IMG/VR virus record: IMGVR_UViG_3300045988_016945
Coordinates: 1-38,049 of that record
Direction: 5' to 3' (one strand)
Length of the DNA stretch: 38,049 nucleotides
DNA from: a virus
The translations under genes and the position numbers were made by a program. Shown here piece after piece: positions 34,069 to 38,049 of the stretch (position 1 is the first letter of the stretch; each line of letters begins with the position of its first letter). Under the pieces are notes generated by a model. That model worked only from the letters and a program-made list of their open reading frames with translations. It made no database searches and had not been told where the DNA came from.

Positions 34069-34332
34069 TTAAAATACATGGACACCACGCTCAGCCCATT
34101 TGTCACGCAAACGGTTTTGAGCGTCACCGTTATAGCTGCAGATATAGAACGCCAAACCAAGATTTTCATTGCTGTGGCGTTTGTTGATGAGTTCTTCTTT
34201 GTAAGCCTCAGCGAACGCTTTGACCTCGTCCAAGTTTTCACCGCATGGGTAGAATAACCAGTCGTTATCTACCACAACGTGCCAGTTATTACCGAGTACA
34301 GTTTCGATTTTCTTATATTCAAATTCAGACAT
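34069..34332 (-). CDS. Hypothetical acidic protein, 87 aa
   Basis: The internal ATG at 34332 (MSEFEYKK) has RBS AAAGGAAAG. The tracked upstream extension has no RBS. Confidence 0.65.
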   Translation of the reverse strand: MSEFEYKKIETVLGNNWHVVVDNDWLFYPCGENLDEVKAFAEAYKEELINKRHSNENLGLAFYICSYNGDAQNRLRDKWAERGVHVF

Positions 34333-34504
34333 GATGTTGCTTTCCTTTCTTCTTTTCCCTAACCGCACTAGAGAACTAGTGAGGATTTTTTTCATAGATT
34401 TATATATTTAAGGAGACAATTATGAATATCAAATCGTTGTAGTTTCAGGTAGGTATTGCTTATATCTCCTCACTAGCTCACTTCTGCGGCCAGGGATGTT
34501 AATG

Positions 34505-34744
34505 TTATTTGAATCTGTTTCTGGTTTTCCATTCTATGAAGGATTTAAAACCTTCGTAGTTGATGAAAACTAGTTTATGTGTCGGGTTGAATACGTAGTC
34601 CCGAAAATCTTTGTTATCCCTCATTTCTCTAATGAGGTTCTTTGCCATCGACTTCCCTAGACCTTCCCACCGTTGCATGAGGTGGTCGTAATCTCCCCAC
34701 TCAGCCGTTTCATTGATTCCGACCGCTTTGTAGGTTATTTTCAT
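34505..34744 (-). CDS. Hypothetical protein, 79 aa (possibly an excisionase-like DNA binder)
   Basis: It is the second gene of the early operon. The resemblance to Xis-type proteins is only vague. Confidence 0.6.
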   Translation of the reverse strand: MKITYKAVGINETAEWGDYDHLMQRWEGLGKSMAKNLIREMRDNKDFRDYVFNPTHKLVFINYEGFKSFIEWKTRNRFK

Positions 34745-34767
34745 TTGTTTAAGCTCCTTTCATAATT

Positions 34768-35004
34768 TTAATTATGAAGTTCAAGCTCTTGAACTTTGTA
34801 GTTAAAAAAATATTCTACAATCTCATTAGGTGAGATTTCTAATAGTTCAGCAGCTTTTGCAATTTCATCGTTTTTCCAACTTGACTTCCCGTTAATCTTA
34901 AACGAAAACGTTGTCGGAGTTAAGCCGATGGCTTTTGCGAAATCTTCTTGCGTTCCATATTTTTCAATGATACGCCCTTTTAATTTAGCGTAGTTAAATC
35001 TCAT
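34768..35004 (-). CDS. Cro-like XRE-family HTH regulator
   Basis: GTQEDFAKAIGLTPTTFSFKINGKS. It is divergent from the repressor gene. RBS GAAAGGAGA. Confidence 0.85.
   Translation of the reverse strand: MRFNYAKLKGRIIEKYGTQEDFAKAIGLTPTTFSFKINGKSSWKNDEIAKAAELLEISPNEIVEYFFNYKVQELELHN
34777..34796. promoter_or_regulatory. Operator palindrome AAGTTCAA-GCTC-TTGAACTT (within the cro 3' end)
   Basis: Perfect 8-bp arms, the same consensus as 35020-35039. Confidence 0.6.
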
Positions 35005-35019
35005 CGAGTTCTCCTTTCT

Positions 35020-35039
35020 AAGTTCAATCTCTTGAACTT
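35020..35039. promoter_or_regulatory. Operator palindrome AAGTTCAA-TCTC-TTGAACTT
   Basis: Perfect 8-bp arms. It lies between the cro -10 and the cro RBS. Confidence 0.7.
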
Positions 35040-35048
35040 TATGGTTTT

Positions 35049-35077
35049 ATTTTAATCCTTCTCTTTTTATTTGTCAA
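35049..35077 (-). promoter_or_regulatory. Early lytic promoter (cro)
   Basis: Minus strand TTGACA (35072-35077), a 17-bp spacer, then TAAAAT (35049-35054). Confidence 0.75.
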
Positions 35078-35085
35078 CAGTTTTT

Positions 35086-35101
35086 GTTCAATTTTTTGAA
35101 C
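35086..35101. promoter_or_regulatory. Operator palindrome GTTCAA-TTTT-TTGAAC
   Basis: Third copy of the half-site pair. An extra half-site CTTGAACTT at 35117-35125 overlaps the repressor -35. Confidence 0.65.
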
Positions 35102-35117
35102 TTTTTTTCGATTTTTC

Positions 35118-35146
35118 TTGAACTTTTTTATTTTCTACTATATAAT
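35118..35146 (+). promoter_or_regulatory. Lysogenic promoter (repressor operon)
   Basis: TTGAAC (35118-35123), a 17-bp spacer, then TATAAT (35141-35146). Confidence 0.75.
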
Positions 35147-35172
35147 GTACTCATAAAGGAAAAGGAAAAAAT

Positions 35173-35556
35173 ATGAAAAATACTACTGCTTCACGTTTGC
35201 AACAAGTGATGAGCGAACGAAATTTAAAACAAGTTGACGTAATTTCCCTTTCAAAAGCACACCAAAAAGAATTGGGCGTAAAACTTGGAAAGAGTGCTTT
35301 GTCTCAATATATCAACGGGAAATCAACACCAGACCAAGAAAAGTTAGTGCTACTCGCTAGAACTTTAGGGGTATCTGAGGCGTGGCTCATGGGGTATGAT
35401 GTCCCTATGACTAAAGATTCACAACCAACCCACGCCCACGACATCGATAACATCATCGATAATGCAATGATGTTCGACGGTAAACCATTGAGCGAACATG
35501 ACAAGCGTGCCATTCGTGGCATAATTGCCGGCTATATGAACAGCAAAGAGAAGTGA
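35173..35556 (+). CDS. cI-like XRE-family repressor (ImmR-type, no S24 peptidase domain)
   Basis: HTH KQVDVISLSK...KSALSQYINGKSTP. It is followed by an ImmA-like protease gene. Confidence 0.85.
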   Translation: MKNTTASRLQQVMSERNLKQVDVISLSKAHQKELGVKLGKSALSQYINGKSTPDQEKLVLLARTLGVSEAWLMGYDVPMTKDSQPTHAHDIDNIIDNAMMFDGKPLSEHDKRAIRGIIAGYMNSKEK

Positions 35557-35562
35557 GGTGCT

Positions 35563-35928
35563 ATGACTGAAAATGAATTGCTTGAGCAGTTCAATGTCTC
35601 TATCTGCGAGTTTAGCTCTAACGAGTGGCCTCGAAACGGCTTTCTCGACCCAATAAACAGGGTGGTTTATATCAATAAGGATTTAGCCCCAGAAATACGT
35701 TTAAAGGTAATTCTGCATGAGTTGGGCCACCTAGAGCACAATTCTAAAGACTATGAGCGTTTGCGTGAGAAATACGAAGCTCACGCCAATAGAGACATGA
35801 TCCGTGGATTGCTCGAAAACGAATCCCTGGACGATTTTAATTACGTCCGTTTTATGAACAAATATAATCTCACCACGATTTGCGATGAGACTTTTGTAAA
35901 GGATGAATTTCTAAAAATGATGAGGTAA
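35563..35928 (+). CDS. ImmA/IrrE-family metalloprotease (anti-repressor protease)
   Basis: HELGHLEH zinc motif. It is the operon partner of the repressor. Confidence 0.8.
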   Translation: MTENELLEQFNVSICEFSSNEWPRNGFLDPINRVVYINKDLAPEIRLKVILHELGHLEHNSKDYERLREKYEAHANRDMIRGLLENESLDDFNYVRFMNKYNLTTICDETFVKDEFLKMMR

Positions 35929-35932
35929 CATT

Positions 35933-36481
35933 ATGAATTTATTAACAGTTCAAACTCAATTAATGCAGGCGGGCGTCCCTAAGATGTTTGGCACTCGAAA
36001 AGAGGTTAACTACCTACCGCAATTACTATCAGACGACGAGGTGATACAATATGCCGCATCTGGATTTTATGACGGCAACACTGTCTTAATTGTTTTAACT
36101 CAAAAACGCATTATGTTTGTCGACAAAGGAATGATTTATGGTGTTCAAACTTCTGAAATCCCTCTTGATATGGTCAATGGGGTATCGGATAAATGCGGGG
36201 TTCTCTTAGGTGAAATTTCAGTCATGAATGGTGTGTCCTGGGCGCATATCAAGAATATCCCAAAAATCGCCGTACCAGTTCTATCTGACAAGATAAAACG
36301 TGCGTCAGAAGCATACAAACAAAGTCTATATAGACCTCAAATAGAAGTGAGCCAGAACAGTCAGCCACTATCGCAGAATTTAATCGCTGACGAATTGATT
36401 AAATTAAAATCATTGGTTGATAACGGCGTACTCACTGAGGAAGAATTTCAAGCACAGAAAACTAAATTATTATCACAATAA
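35933..36481 (+). CDS. Bacterial PH-domain protein with C-terminal SHOCT domain
   Basis: LLSDDEVIQYAASGFYDGNTVLIVLTQKRIMFV is bPH-like. ADELIKLKSLVDNGVLTEEEFQAQKTKLL is SHOCT. Confidence 0.7.
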   Translation: MNLLTVQTQLMQAGVPKMFGTRKEVNYLPQLLSDDEVIQYAASGFYDGNTVLIVLTQKRIMFVDKGMIYGVQTSEIPLDMVNGVSDKCGVLLGEISVMNGVSWAHIKNIPKIAVPVLSDKIKRASEAYKQSLYRPQIEVSQNSQPLSQNLIADELIKLKSLVDNGVLTEEEFQAQKTKLLSQ

Positions 36482-36614
36482 AAAAAGCCCTATAATCTCC
36501 CTCGCCAAAGTTAGATTATAGAGCTTATGCATCACAGAAAAAATCATGTAAACTGAGAGCAGTCTTACAAGCCTTTTTCTGTACCCATTTTACCAAAATT
36601 AAGGAGTTATGACA

Positions 36615-37787
36615 ATGTGGGTAGAACAATTACCAAACGAGAAATATAAATATTTCGAAAGATACAAGGATCCTTACACTGAGAAATGGAAACGAGTGTC
36701 TGTAACGCTTAACAGTGCGTCTAATCGAGCAAAGAAAGAAGCTCAACGCTTGCTTGATGATAAGATAGCTGAGAAGATGTCTGGCTTAAACACTACCGAC
36801 GCATCATTTAACGATGTGTTGAACGAGTGGTGGGAATTTCACAAGAAAGGTATTCGAAGAACCTCGATTAGTTCCATGACTAGCAATGTCAGATATGTTG
36901 CAGAGAATTTCGCTGTAGATGTCAAAATAGCAAACATTGATACACACTATATCCAACGCTTTATTAATGATGCCGATATTCCACGTTCAATCCTTGAGCG
37001 TGTTAAATCTATATTGAATCTAACCTTCGATTACGCTTGCACCGTTGGTTATATTCCTAGCAATCCTGCAAGGCAAGCAAAACTTCCCAAGAAACAACAA
37101 ACGATGGAAGATTACGACAAGATAAGAAATAAGTTTCTAGAGATAGACACTGAACTACTACCACTTCTGGCAGAATTACGAAAACAGAAACGCACCTACA
37201 GAAACGCAATCCTTGCCGAGTTCCTTTTTGTTAGTGGTGCAAGGATTGGCGAAGCGGTAGCTCTTGAGACATGCAACTACAGGAGGGAGGATGGCTACCT
37301 TGATATTTTTGGCACTCTGGATAGCGTCCAGGGCTACAAGAGAGCGAAAAAGGAACCACCTAAAACGCCAGCCGGCTACCGTAGCAATAAGCTGACTAAA
37401 CGCGAAATAGAATTGCTGGATGAAGCTATACAGATTCGTGATCTAAACAAGTCGCTATCAGACGATTGGGTGGCCATGGATAGAGATTATATTTTTGTGA
37501 CCGACAAAGGAGTGCCACTTCAACGGAACTCCTTCAACAACTCTATTCAAGCTGCTAACAAGAGACTGGATAAGCCGATTAATAAACCAATATCATCTCA
37601 CATATTCAGACACACGCTGGTCAGCTATCTGGCTGAGAATGGCGTCCCATTAAAGGCCATTATGGACAGGGTTGGGCATGATGACAGTGATACCACGATG
37701 AAGATTTATACCCACGTCACCAACAAAATGAAAAATAAGGTGGTTGAAATCATTGATAACTTGCCCCTTTCTTGCCCCTTAGAATAA
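36615..37787 (+). CDS. int: Tyrosine integrase
   Basis: GARIGEA...HIFRHTLVSYLAENG...VGHDDSDTTMKIYTH gives the R..HxxR..Y catalytic pattern. The ATG at 36615 is preferred because of RBS spacing. Confidence 0.95.
   Translation: MWVEQLPNEKYKYFERYKDPYTEKWKRVSVTLNSASNRAKKEAQRLLDDKIAEKMSGLNTTDASFNDVLNEWWEFHKKGIRRTSISSMTSNVRYVAENFAVDVKIANIDTHYIQRFINDADIPRSILERVKSILNLTFDYACTVGYIPSNPARQAKLPKKQQTMEDYDKIRNKFLEIDTELLPLLAELRKQKRTYRNAILAEFLFVSGARIGEAVALETCNYRREDGYLDIFGTLDSVQGYKRAKKEPPKTPAGYRSNKLTKREIELLDEAIQIRDLNKSLSDDWVAMDRDYIFVTDKGVPLQRNSFNNSIQAANKRLDKPINKPISSHIFRHTLVSYLAENGVPLKAIMDRVGHDDSDTTMKIYTHVTNKMKNKVVEIIDNLPLSCPLE
37762..37781 (+). repeat. TTGCCCCTT-tc-TTGCCCCTT double 9-mer at the int 3' end
   Basis: The same pair recurs 216 bp downstream at 37978-37997, which is 48-67. 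Confidence 0.7.
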
Positions 37788-37795
37788 AAAAAGAC

Positions 37796-37838
37796 CTATC
37801 CATCAAGGTTAAATTCTTGATATGATAGGCTTTTTATT
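37796..37838 (+). terminator. int terminator
   Basis: CCTATC-c-ATCAAG-gttaaatt-CTTGAT-at-GATAGG followed by CTTTTTATTT. Confidence 0.7.
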
Positions 37839-37930
37839 TGTTTATTATTTTACTGTGCGGGAAAGTTAATCGGTTTTTAAATGCGTATATAATAGGAAGA
37901 AAACCTATTAAATAAGGACATATGCGTGTA

Positions 37931-38049
37931 AGATGTAGACGGTAAAACGCACATAAAGTTACTAAAGTTTACACTTATTGCCCCTTATTTGCCCCTTTTT
38001 ATAAAAAAAGACTTGGCAGCATGAGCTACCAAGCGGCATGAAAAAAAAC
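37931..38049. repeat. Terminal direct repeat, copy 2
   Basis: Identical to bases 1-119. Confidence 0.95.

Overview
The window is one complete temperate siphovirus genome. The unique unit is 37,930 bp, and bases 1-119 are repeated exactly at 37931-38049, so the sequence closes into a circle. Gene content suggests a Streptococcus-type pac phage; this host call is inference from protein motifs, because no search was possible. The lysogeny module is on the plus strand at 35173-37787: an XRE/cI-like repressor, an ImmA-like metalloprotease, a PH+SHOCT protein and a tyrosine integrase. Everything else is on the minus strand. The early region runs from 35004 down to 24411: cro-like gene, small ORFs, an LPXTG surface-protein moron, replisome organizer, DnaC-like loader, RecT, PD-(D/E)XK nuclease, SSB, RusA, MazG and YopX. 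An ORF-free junction of 733 bp follows at 23678-24410. The late region runs from 23677 down to 765: ArpU, TerS, TerL, portal, gp7-like minor head protein, scaffold, capsid, connectors, major tail protein, chaperones, tape measure, Dit, a 1678-aa Tal/host-specificity protein, two holins and the lysin. Four things stand out. (1) The endolysin gene is split by a 1043-nt group I intron carrying an HNH-AP2 homing endonuclease, and P1 and the P/Q/R/S core elements can be read directly. (2) The ORF-free stretch between the lysin and int (about 60-700) is a tandem series of near-identical extended -10 boxes, each followed by a hairpin plus U-tract terminator on the minus strand. These could be a battery of small-RNA mini-genes. 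(3) Two paralogous tRNA-like acceptor/T-arm minihelices with compensatory stem changes bracket about 300 nt of the early/late junction. (4) A sortase-anchored adhesin-like gene sits inside the early operon. None of the RNA proposals can be confirmed from sequence alone.
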